Shown here piece after piece: positions 1 through 9,600 of a DNA stretch of 52,363 bases. The stretch's first letter is position 1; every line of letters starts with the position of its first letter. The notes below the pieces were generated by a model that was not told the origin of the DNA, did not search any database, and saw nothing but the letters and a program-made list of their open reading frames with translations. Position numbers and translations under genes: made by a program. The stretch is from a virus (lineage: Duplodnaviria > Caudoviricetes): positions 1-52,363 of IMG/VR virus record IMGVR_UViG_3300037069_001879. The stretch is one strand, 5' to 3'.

Positions 1-2034
1 AAAGGCTTGAGCTGGTTTATAGCCCCCGGTGGTTGCGGTAACATTCACATTATCTATCCTGACCGAAGAAATGTTTCCCTTTTTAAATGCAAGCCCACCG
101 TTGTTTATGTAGCTTGGATTTTCGGTATAGTAATCGCAAACAAGCCATTGCTGAGACACCGTTCCCATCACATTGGATATATTTATCCTACCAAGCAGGG
201 CCGCCGTCGATAAAAGTCTAATACCGCTTTTTGTATTTTGAAAATTAATCCCATCGACAAACACATCCGTTATATTACCAACGCTTGCTCCTAAATCATA
301 GGTAGAACCGTTTAGGGGGAGATTTCCTGAGGGGTTTGTGGTCTGCCAAACATCATTGGCATCCAGCGCAATCAAATCATCCTGACTGTTGCCATAAAGG
401 TTTTTAACCACAACATTGGTCATTGGGCCGATAAAATGCACACCATCATAATCGTTTGAACCTGCCAGCGTTGCCGGTAGGTTGGTGAACCAGTTTTGAA
501 AATAGATATTGGACGAATTATTTATCATAATCGCCATTGTGCGGCTGTTCAGCGTTGTAATATCTCTCATAATAAGATTATTCACCCCGCTAAACCTGAA
601 AATCGTATTCCAACCCGTTCCTGATGTGCCGCCATCGTGGGATTGATTTGCCGTTCCGGAAACCTGTCCGTTACCGTTCCAAATGCCACCATCTATCTCT
701 ATATTACTTTCAACAACACCCGTAGACCCGGTGCTTTGATGTGTGTTCTTAATAAATGGTACGTTTGAATTGGTGCGCTGAATAAACCCACAACCCGGTA
801 AAACAACAATCTTGGTATTAGATAATACTTGTAATTGCGTGGCCGAGTAGTGTCCGTCAACATAAACAGTAATAGGCGTTGTTGAACTCGCATTATTTAA
901 TATAGCCTGCATGGATGCGGTATTATCAGTCCCGAATGTGGTCGATTCCATTGCGAGGCTGGCGTCGTCGACCAACCCCATCTTTGATGTATAAAATATC
1001 TTGGTGCTGCCTAATAATGAATTAGTGTTTATCTGCGCCTGTAGTTTGTACAAACCCATATTAACACTATCCCCCGCGAGTATAGTACTTGATGGTGCTG
1101 ATGGGTTGGCTGAAATTATCTTAGCTTGCGCCCCTATCAGCGCAGGCGTTATCGTCGCCCAGCTCCTGTTCGCGCCGTCTGTTTTCAAAAACTTGCCGCC
1201 GTTCAAATTTTGCGTAGGTAGCGAAACGCCCGAGCTGCCCACGATCTGAAAGTTAGTACCGTCGTATTGCAGTACCAGCGTTTGCCCGGCAGCTATGTCG
1301 CCTATCTCTAAATCCTGCGAGCCTGCTTTTTTTACCGCCGTGGTGCCCACACTATTAATATTCAGCGTTACCGTACCCGCAATCGTGTTGGCATTGGTAA
1401 ATGTGATATAGTAAAGTTGGTTGGTAACGTAAGATGTGATTGCCGGGGTTAAGCTGGCTAAATAAGTATTGGTGCCGGTGGTCGTTGCGGCGAGTGTCGC
1501 GATTATATCGGTCGATGCCTCCTGCCATGTCCTGTATTTTATCGTAGGATCGGCGGTAAGCAAGCCGTTAACAGCTGTCGTTTCGTGCTGCAATAAGGTA
1601 AATGTTAATGTACGGTGGGTAACGTCCTGGTTGTGGCCCAGGCTCAGGTTGTTTTGCGAGCTCGTTACGCTGGCCACATCCGACAGGTTGTTTGCCTTTT
1701 GCAGGTAACCGGGCAACACCGTTCCATACAACCGGGTGCTGTCGGCCTTTTTTGGAAGCATAACGCCGTACAGCCGTGCGCTGTCGGCTTTAAGGTTTAA
1801 CTGAGTTGTTAGTCCTGTAACGTCTGATTGCGCTATGGCGCTAAATTCAACCCTCCCGCTGCCCGCGTTCTTTGCAAAGCCCGAAACCGATTTAGTGCTA
1901 TTTTCGATTATAAAAACCGCAGCCTTTGTCCTGTTAGTAACTCTGAGCGTATCGGCGCGAAGGTAGGAGGATTGCTGAGCAAACGTACAAATACTTGCAA
2001 GTGTTATAGCGATAAGTAATAGGCTTTTTTTCAT
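1..2034 (-). CDS. Tailspike/tail fibre with pectin-lyase-fold (GH28-like) depolymerase, N-terminal part; continues through the junction into 50789..52360 (~1173 aa in total)
   Basis: Manual translation from ATG 2034 is open to the window edge: MKKSLLLIAITLASICTFAQQ..., fibre motifs LQKANNLSDVASV and PTQNLNGGKFLKTDGANRSW, beta-helix motifs GTDNTASMQAI, NDYDGVHF, SQDDLIAL, GIRLLS. In frame with ORF 50789..52324. Confidence 0.88.
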   Translation of the reverse strand, partial: MKKSLLLIAITLASICTFAQQSSYLRADTLRVTNRTKAAVFIIENSTKSVSGFAKNAGSGRVEFSAIAQSDVTGLTTQLNLKADSARLYGVMLPKKADSTRLYGTVLPGYLQKANNLSDVASVTSSQNNLSLGHNQDVTHRTLTFTLLQHETTAVNGLLTADPTIKYRTWQEASTDIIATLAATTTGTNTYLASLTPAITSYVTNQLYYITFTNANTIAGTVTLNINSVGTTAVKKAGSQDLEIGDIAAGQTLVLQYDGTNFQIVGSSGVSLPTQNLNGGKFLKTDGANRSWATITPALIGAQAKIISANPSAPSSTILAGDSVNMGLYKLQAQINTNSLLGSTKIFYTSKMGLVDDASLAMESTTFGTDNTASMQAILNNASSTTPITVYVDGHYSATQLQVLSNTKIVVLPGCGFIQRTNSNVPFIKNTHQSTGSTGVVESNIEIDGGIWNGNGQVSGTANQSHDGGTSGTGWNTIFRFSGVNNLIMRDITTLNSRTMAIMINNSSNIYFQNWFTNLPATLAGSNDYDGVHFIGPMTNVVVKNLYGNSQDDLIALDANDVWQTTNPSGNLPLNGSTYDLGASVGNITDVFVDGINFQNTKSGIRLLSTAALLGRINISNVMGTVSQQWLVCDYYTENPSYINNGGLAFKKGNISSVRIDNVNVTATTGGYKPAQAF
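3..84. repeat. 82-bp terminal overlap, copy 1 (identical to 52279..52360); circular assembly junction
   Basis: AGGCTTGAGC...TTCCCTTTTT is identical at both ends (offset 52276); the reading frame of the spanning gene is preserved across the join. Confidence 0.95.
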
Positions 2035-2046
2035 TGTATTGCTAAA

Positions 2047-3087
2047 TTATATTATTATAAATTCTGATATGTCAGATTGAGGGGACAAGGTAACAGTTAG
2101 TATGTTTCCCGAACCATCTTTTGCCACAGCGGCAGCAGGAACACCGTTTGGAACCCAAACACCGTTCGTTAAATCGGACTCCGATATTTGGATTGAGTTA
2201 CCATGTTTTGCAACATACGTAATCGTTGTTCCTGATAGGTAATCAGTCTGCCAATTTATGACTTTAACCGAACCGTCGGTAATATCTATTACTGTTTTCT
2301 GTGCCATGGCTTCTGGGCTTGAGGAGTCTACAAAAACGCTCCTGGTGTTTATAGGAAACGTATATTCTTGGTCGGTATCGTCAACGTACATATTAACCGA
2401 GCCTTTGGAATAGTCGTTTAAAGGCTCAGTCGCAATGGAATAAGCGTCTTTGGTTATGTACTTTATGCCGTCGATATATATACCGTCATGCTCATACATT
2501 TCGGACGCTGCCTCGTGTGCTGGCTCGTCAAACCAATAGCTTTCGATCTTTATAAATTTATACTTAAAATCTCGAAGGTTCCTAAGGCGCTGGTCGCTTG
2601 CGTTGCGATACTGCGTTTTTTGCAGCTCGAATTGGTAATCAATTTTTATCAAGGGTAGGCGAAATACGTTAAAGTAATCCACCAGGTTCTCGTAGTTTAT
2701 TTTATTCCTGTTGCTTGCGTTCCTGTAAAGAACAGTAGGCGCGTTGGCGTATGCAAGCGGATCGTTTTCGATCCAAATATAATTAGACCTGATCTTTTCG
2801 ACATTTGCAAGCGTGTCCCATATGACAAACTGATAATAACCATTTGGAAGCTGTGGGCAATGAAAAACAGCAAATATATTGTAGGTTATTCCTGTTACCA
2901 GGTCCTTTTGAAGTGGCCCAATGTTTGTCGCCTTGCTCGTCGCGCCCTGGTAAACATCCAACTGGAAATGATCGAAATTTGAGTCCGAAACAGGCGTATC
3001 AAAATTAATATAAAAGGCATACTGCTCAGTTGGAACATAAATAGGTCCGAATACCTTATTTGGGGTTTTGGAGTATAAATTTTCCAT
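2047..3087 (-). CDS. Putative minor tail protein
   Basis: 346-aa ORF in the tail operon between the tail-tip genes and the tailspike. Confidence 0.6.
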   Translation of the reverse strand: MENLYSKTPNKVFGPIYVPTEQYAFYINFDTPVSDSNFDHFQLDVYQGATSKATNIGPLQKDLVTGITYNIFAVFHCPQLPNGYYQFVIWDTLANVEKIRSNYIWIENDPLAYANAPTVLYRNASNRNKINYENLVDYFNVFRLPLIKIDYQFELQKTQYRNASDQRLRNLRDFKYKFIKIESYWFDEPAHEAASEMYEHDGIYIDGIKYITKDAYSIATEPLNDYSKGSVNMYVDDTDQEYTFPINTRSVFVDSSSPEAMAQKTVIDITDGSVKVINWQTDYLSGTTITYVAKHGNSIQISESDLTNGVWVPNGVPAAAVAKDGSGNILTVTLSPQSDISEFIII

Positions 3088-3872
3088 TATGGGCAGGTTG
3101 ATATGTTAATGACACGGCCCATATAGACCTGTAATAGATATGTTCCGTCTGAGTACCAGCCCGTGGCTGCTTGGGTTGTCAAACTTGTTTCATTCCATAG
3201 CAACATCCCTATACGCCAGGAGCTGTCAGCGGGCGCCACATAATAATCCGTATGGCTTGAGGAGCCGCAAGGCGCGGAGCTGTCGGTCGCGTTAAAGCTC
3301 AGCGTCCTTGTAAGGTACGTTGCGGTACTGCAATTAGTTGGATCCAACGCTTGTGGTATATAATCAGGGTCGGTATTAACGTTTGCTTTGGTTACGCCCG
3401 TTGCTGAGTTATCGTCCGTGTAATACTGCTCTAAAATGGCATATAAGCTATAACCAGTCCGGACGCCACCTGACATAACGCAAGTAGGCGTACCTTGACC
3501 TCTCCAAGCAGTCGCCCTGGCTGTTACCGTTATCCTAATGGTTGCCTCGTTTGACATATTGCCGTAAACATCTGCCCATTTATATTTAATAGTCCTAAGA
3601 CCGGAAACCGAGCCTGACGGTAAATAATATGTGAGTTTTTGAGTGGCTGGATTAAAAGTCGCAGGGCGGCTTATGTTGTCCTGAACCGTTACCAGTATGC
3701 TCGAAAGGTTTATGCCAAAGGTAGAAATGTCATTTAATAAAATGCTTATATCGACACTCGCAGCATTATTAGGCATTGAGGCAACATCGTCCACCGCGGA
3801 ATTTGAAAACACCGCAGCGTTAAAACTCCCCGTCCAGCGTAAAAAGTTATTTTTATTTAATGGATCCGGCAT
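3087..3872 (-). CDS. Putative minor tail protein (Ig-like beta-rich domains, Cys-containing C-terminus)
   Basis: S/T-rich; TIKYKWADVYGNMSNEATIRITV resembles an Ig-like (Big) repeat; tail operon position; start moved to ATG 3872. Confidence 0.55.
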   Translation of the reverse strand: MPDPLNKNNFLRWTGSFNAAVFSNSAVDDVASMPNNAASVDISILLNDISTFGINLSSILVTVQDNISRPATFNPATQKLTYYLPSGSVSGLRTIKYKWADVYGNMSNEATIRITVTARATAWRGQGTPTCVMSGGVRTGYSLYAILEQYYTDDNSATGVTKANVNTDPDYIPQALDPTNCSTATYLTRTLSFNATDSSAPCGSSSHTDYYVAPADSSWRIGMLLWNETSLTTQAATGWYSDGTYLLQVYMGRVINISTCP

Positions 3873-3887
3873 GTTCAAATATATAAA

Positions 3888-6668
3888 TTAAAATAAACCT
3901 TTTTTAGCAACCTTAAAATTACACTCCTCAATCGTTGGATTGTATTTGATCTCATAAGGATAGCCCTTCCAAAGCACACCTTTTGCATCATTGAAAACGA
4001 TATATCCACCGTCGTCGTCCGTTTGCGCTGAGAAATTTAATTTATTAATAAGGTCAATTAACTGGTCATATTTTATTGAGGCGTCAAAGTTGCACCAAAT
4101 AGGTAAATGTATGGGTGATCTTTGCCCTTGTATGAAATCGGAAACCGATATGCTGCTACCCTCGCCCACAGGCGTCGCGGGCTCAAATCTGTTGTAAGGA
4201 TCGGTTGCGCTCAACTGGCTTTGCAGCGTGTTGTTATTTTGCGCGAATGTAAGCACGATTAATGAGCTTGCAGGCTGCTTGGCTAATCCTACGCCTAAAA
4301 ACTTGCTCCAGTTGTATAATATACGCGCAGGAGTTATGCGAAGATCGTAGGCGGTTTCAGGGCTTAATACGCCTGACACGGTTGCAAACGCTTCGTTTGC
4401 CTGCGATTGTAAAACGCCGCCTACTACCTCGGTGTTTATTATAAAAATATCGTCGTCGTTGGATAGCGACTGAGAAGGGTTAAGGGCAAACTGTTCGCGG
4501 CGCTGACTTTCGAGCGCGTAACCCGAGCCTATAAAGCTTGACAATTTATTAAACGCCGCCTTAAAGGTTCTGATTGGGAAAAGATATTTATGGTAGGTAT
4601 TGTACTCGTCCAGCGTGTTGCCCAGTCCATTCGCGGTTGCAAGCGTAGGGTATTTTTCATAACCTATCTGAGCTTCGTTAAACACAAACTGTTCGGCGTG
4701 ATCTTCGGTGTAGTTGTAAACGTTATTTATTTGCGTAATCTGCCGATCTTTAAAAAAGAAATCAAGCTCCTCGATTAATAGGTATTGAACGCCGCCGCGA
4801 ACAGGGAAGCCATAACCCAGTCCAAAGATATTGCAAATGGATGTAATTGCGGCCTTAAGGCTCGTAATCGTTGGTTTAAAATTTACGTCAAAGCCTCGAA
4901 TTTGGTAACCGTTTGTTATAAACCAATCGTAACATCTGCCGCCTGGGCTCATTACCGAGCTGATTAATCCACCTGCTTGGTTTGTGGTAGCGTTTAACAG
5001 ACCAGTAATGGCATCAAAGAGCCTGTATGCCTGCGTAAAACTGTCGGGCGCTACTGTTTTACCTGTTAATGTTAACTCGCTTGTATAGTTGGTAATGAAA
5101 TAGAAATAACTGGTTCCTGGATGACCCATTGTTCCTGTTATGTCAAGGTAAAGCAGGTCGTTTACTTGTAGGTCACGGTTAATAGCAAGGTTACAGGAAA
5201 TATTCAAATTAATGTTACCCGTGCCGTCGTTACCCGTAACCTGATACGCAGGGAAGGTGGTATATTCTGTTGTGCTTAGCGCGGATGTTCCTGAGATAAC
5301 CAACGTGGCGTGTGTATAGCCATTACCCGCGCTTACTACGTTAACGCCTGTGCCTACGCCGCTGCTACCTGTGATCTGAACCGCAGCGCCCGAGCCGTCG
5401 CCCACGATCTCAGCAGTTGCAAGAACATAGCCTGCGGCCCCGCTGTTATGCGTAGTGTTTGGCTGATAAATAACGGCACCGCTTCCGTCTACAATGGTAT
5501 AGCCGCTGCCGCCGTGTGTCAGCGTAACGCCCGTAACTGTGCCGTTGGTTATTGTTGCTGTGGCGCCTGCCCCGTCCCCTGTGATCGTAACCGTTGCGTT
5601 GGTATATCCTGCGCCTGGCCCTGTGATTGTAATACCAACGATAACGCCGCCCGCTATCGCAGCCACAGCGGTCGCGCCTGCGCCATCGCCCGTAATCGTA
5701 ACGAGAGCATACGTATAACCAGCGCCGCCCGCTGTCAGGTTTGCTCCTATGATTGCGCCGCCCGAAATTGTGCTTGGAGAGAGGTTTACGGTTCCAATTA
5801 CAATGTCCTGGCGCTGGATCATAAAACGCGGAACAATGTTGAAATTACCCACGCCGCCTGAGCCTGAAACGATTTGCAATTTAAAGTTGCAAACGTAATT
5901 AAGCTGATAATTACCCGCCTCTATTGCTTTAAAAAAGAAACGCGATTGGTCGCGAGGGTCGATACCTGAAATGGCCAAAGGTAAGCTTTGCGGCTCCTGT
6001 AGCTCAGTAATAGACGGCGACGAGGTTTCAGGCTGTATGCTCATAAAACGAGCTATACGCCCACTCTCAATACTTTCAGGCGTCGTAACGTTGCAAATAA
6101 ACTGTTTTGAAATCAGCTTAGACCTGAGCTTTAATAAGTGCGAAGTGGCGGGCGCCATTGCGTATTGGTCAAGTGTTCCTGCCGCGTTAAGATTTACGGG
6201 CGTATCGAACCTTGTCCTAAAAAGATCGTTAAAGGCAAGCTTTTCGACTGAGCATTTTATAATTTGTAACTCCTGGTCGTTTTGGTAGGTATTAAGGTTC
6301 AGTATCGCGCTATATTGTATATACTCAACGCCGGCAATCGCATAGCCAAAATCCAAAGTTATTTGAAGATCGGAGCCAAATTGGTCGTAGGCGCTTTGGA
6401 TTAACGTGTACGCTTTCCAAACAGGCGTGGTGCCAGGATCCTTCGTGTCGTTTGCAAACTCTAATTGCTGCTTGTCATCCACAAAGCTTTCGTTAAAGCC
6501 AAAAAACTCCTTATCCCTCAGGTTCTGAATTACAATTTTATCCCAGGTCGCGGGCTCGTCTATGTAAAAAGGCGTACCTTTATCAGGTACAACGCCAGGA
6601 ACCGGCAAGGTGTTAGGAATCCAAAGTTTAAAAAAAGTTACGTTATCGTATAGGTTTTTATTGCTCAT
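3888..6668 (-). CDS. Tail tip/hub protein with an inserted Gly-rich repeat domain
   Basis: 926 aa, immediately downstream of the tape measure gene; internal GxGYT..VTITGDGAGATA repeats. Confidence 0.65.
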   Translation of the reverse strand: MSNKNLYDNVTFFKLWIPNTLPVPGVVPDKGTPFYIDEPATWDKIVIQNLRDKEFFGFNESFVDDKQQLEFANDTKDPGTTPVWKAYTLIQSAYDQFGSDLQITLDFGYAIAGVEYIQYSAILNLNTYQNDQELQIIKCSVEKLAFNDLFRTRFDTPVNLNAAGTLDQYAMAPATSHLLKLRSKLISKQFICNVTTPESIESGRIARFMSIQPETSSPSITELQEPQSLPLAISGIDPRDQSRFFFKAIEAGNYQLNYVCNFKLQIVSGSGGVGNFNIVPRFMIQRQDIVIGTVNLSPSTISGGAIIGANLTAGGAGYTYALVTITGDGAGATAVAAIAGGVIVGITITGPGAGYTNATVTITGDGAGATATITNGTVTGVTLTHGGSGYTIVDGSGAVIYQPNTTHNSGAAGYVLATAEIVGDGSGAAVQITGSSGVGTGVNVVSAGNGYTHATLVISGTSALSTTEYTTFPAYQVTGNDGTGNINLNISCNLAINRDLQVNDLLYLDITGTMGHPGTSYFYFITNYTSELTLTGKTVAPDSFTQAYRLFDAITGLLNATTNQAGGLISSVMSPGGRCYDWFITNGYQIRGFDVNFKPTITSLKAAITSICNIFGLGYGFPVRGGVQYLLIEELDFFFKDRQITQINNVYNYTEDHAEQFVFNEAQIGYEKYPTLATANGLGNTLDEYNTYHKYLFPIRTFKAAFNKLSSFIGSGYALESQRREQFALNPSQSLSNDDDIFIINTEVVGGVLQSQANEAFATVSGVLSPETAYDLRITPARILYNWSKFLGVGLAKQPASSLIVLTFAQNNNTLQSQLSATDPYNRFEPATPVGEGSSISVSDFIQGQRSPIHLPIWCNFDASIKYDQLIDLINKLNFSAQTDDDGGYIVFNDAKGVLWKGYPYEIKYNPTIEECNFKVAKKGLF

Positions 6669-9600
6669 TATCCTCTACCGCCTCCCTTGCGTCTTTCGGC
6701 TTGTTTCTGTATGCGGCTATTTGAGGTAACCTCAAACTCTCTCCACCCGTCGGCGTCGATAACGGTTTCCCTTACAGGGCGCTGATTTATTGCACGTGTA
6801 AACGCGCGTTCCATTTGATCTGCGGACACGCTCTTGGATAAAAGCGATTTTATAAGCTTGTCGGTCTTTTGGTGCTCGTAATTACGCACAATGTCGGTAC
6901 CTCTTATCAAGCTGTCAACAAACTGGTTGGCGTCGTTGCCTCCGTCGAATTGTTGGCGCAATATCTCAGCAGACCGATCGGCTGTGTGTACTTTTTCACC
7001 TTTTTTAAGTCGTGTAACCGTTTCTTTACCACCACCCGCTATTCGGAATTTACCTTCGTGCTCCAACAGCTCAGTACCTCTATCGTTTACAACCGCAAAC
7101 TCCTCGGGTCCACCCGTTCTACCTTTATAATATTTAGGTATCGGCTTAGCTGCGGCAACCGCAAACTCAGCAGCGCCCAAAATACCAATCGCGATTGATA
7201 GAGGAACGTTTGGTGGTAACGAAGCAAGCGCGGAAGTGATACCAATAGCTGTGTTTAATGCAATCCTAAACAGCGCGTCCAGCTTTTCTGCTTTCGCTTG
7301 TTTGGTTTTTTCTGCCGCAACTTCGTCGTTGTATTTTTTCTCAATCGCCCTTTTTGCAGCAGCGTTGCCACCAGCTATTACCAGTGAGTTATCGCGCTCA
7401 ACGCCGAGCTGGGCAATACGCTGATTTGAACCGTCGATAAAGTTTTGGGTAAACCCGTCAGCTAATCCACCTGCAAGCTCAAAGGCATCGGTTAAAGATA
7501 GTTTTTGTTTAACGGCAAAATCCTCGACGCCTTTGGATAGTGTTTTAAATATTTCTGCGTAGCCATTGCCCACGCCTTTAGCGATTGCAGGTAACGACCG
7601 ATTAAACTCCTGGAAAACTTCTTTGATGCCTTTGATACGGGCAACCTCAACCTCTTCGGCATTTTTAATCTGTTCCTCGGCGTGTTTTTTATCTAAGTCA
7701 GCCACTTGTTTAAGCAGGCGCAACTGCTCTAAGGACCCTTCTTTTGAGAGTTGCAACCTGGCATTTAACGCTACCTTGGTGGCAAAATATTCCTCGTTCT
7801 GCTGGTCAATAACGCTTTTTAGCTGCAAGTGGTTGTAGTCGTCCTTGTCAATAGTGGCGGCCTTATACTGCTCTAAAATATCCTTATTGTAAATCGCGTA
7901 TTTGGTTGCGATCTCGTCCAGGCTCTTTTCGGCATCTTCGGCGTCCTTTTTGTAATCCAGCTTAACCTGCTGAGCGTTTAGGTCTTTTGCGGCGCTGTTA
8001 ATGTCGCCCGCGTCAGGTCTGCCAGGAAGCGGCTGAAAGGTACTACCTCTCATTAAGTTTTCGTAGGCTTCTTTGGCTGCATTAAGCTTGGCAACTTCTT
8101 TCCTGTAAAGCTTAACCGTAGGATCATTCTCGCCCACCTTTTCGCCTTTCAGGAAACGATCCTGTATTTTTTTACCAAGCTTGTCAATTTCGGCCTGTAA
8201 TTCGGCAAAACCGTCTTTAGTAGATTTTACGGTTCCATGAAGCTCTTTAAGGCGTTCGCGCAAGGCAATAATTCGCTCGTTTGTCACGCTGCCTTTAACC
8301 GCGCTATCGGGTTGATCTGTGAGCTCCTTAATTCTTTTTTGGATTTCTGGTATAGACCTTAAATCGCCGTCGCCCAGCTCTTTCGTACCTGACGAGCTTG
8401 CAGGTGGTTTTACTTTAACGGCATCACGGGCGCGGACATACGCCTCGCGTATTTTATTATAGGAATATTCAAGGTCTTTGGCGTTTTTAAGCGACTTGGA
8501 TAAGTTTATAGGCCCACCGTCCTCCACGTCGCCTTTCTTAACAGCGCGGGCGTATTGGTTGTAAGAGGCAAAGGCATCGTCGGCAGCGGTCTTATATTCC
8601 TTCAATAAGGCCTTTATTTTCTCAGGATCATTGCCTACGTTTTCGGGATAACCGTTTCCTGTTAAAGGGTTTTTCTTTAATAACTCGTCGTGTTTTTTCT
8701 GAGTGGCCTGCGTGTTGTCTGATACCGAGTTAAGGCTATCAAAGTTTGAAGCGTCAAAGGAAAATATCCTTGCAAATAATTCGCTTGCCGATCTGCTGTT
8801 AAACAGCTTGTTTAAAGCGTCCACCGCATTACCTGCGCCGTCCACGATCTGCTTAAAGAAATTAGATATGGCGCCGCTGGTCGTCGCGTTTGTGAATTTC
8901 TTTAAAAAGAGATCGGTGTGGGCGCTGAGCGTGTCTTGGCTTATCGCGTTTTCGCTTAACGCCTCCGAGCCTGTTTTAAAGGACTCGGTAACCAGGTTTG
9001 TAGCCGTTACGAGCTTGCCCTGGTTCTGAGCAAGCCCAATAACCGATCTCGTTACGTCGCCTGCTTTTAAGCCCAGGTCTTTTAACCTGGTTGCCATTTC
9101 GGTAGCGGTAGCGTTGCCCGATGTTAAGCCGACAAAGAATTTCTTTAACGCAGCATCGGCGTCGGTATTGATTAGATCGGTGAAATCCTTTAAGGTTAGT
9201 TTCGCGTCGCCTAATTGTGCTATTGCAAAATATTTCTCTTTTTTACCAGCAAGCAGTAGTAGTAGTTTGTTAAACGCTGTTCCTGATTTTTCAGCCTCGA
9301 CACCTGCCTCCTGGAATGCCGAGCCATAAGCCAACACCTGTGGTAATGATAGTTTAAACACCTGAGCCACACCCGCTGTCCTTGTCGCAAAGTCCTGCAG
9401 GTTCTCACTCGTGGTAATACTGAATTTACCAAGCGTTGCAAGTGCTGAGCCTGTCTTAATGATGCCTTCTTTTACACCAAACTGGTTGCTAATACCAAAT
9501 AATGAATTTATTTTGGTTAAAGCAGTCGCGACACCTTCGGCACCACCAGCGATCTGATTTCCCAGCGCCCTGCTCACTAAGTCCAACCCTTCGGCAAAAC

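Noticed and set aside
7-2019. Short ORFs listed in the track for 1-2 kb
   Set aside because: Shadows of the long minus-strand tailspike frame, which the track missed because it runs off the edge
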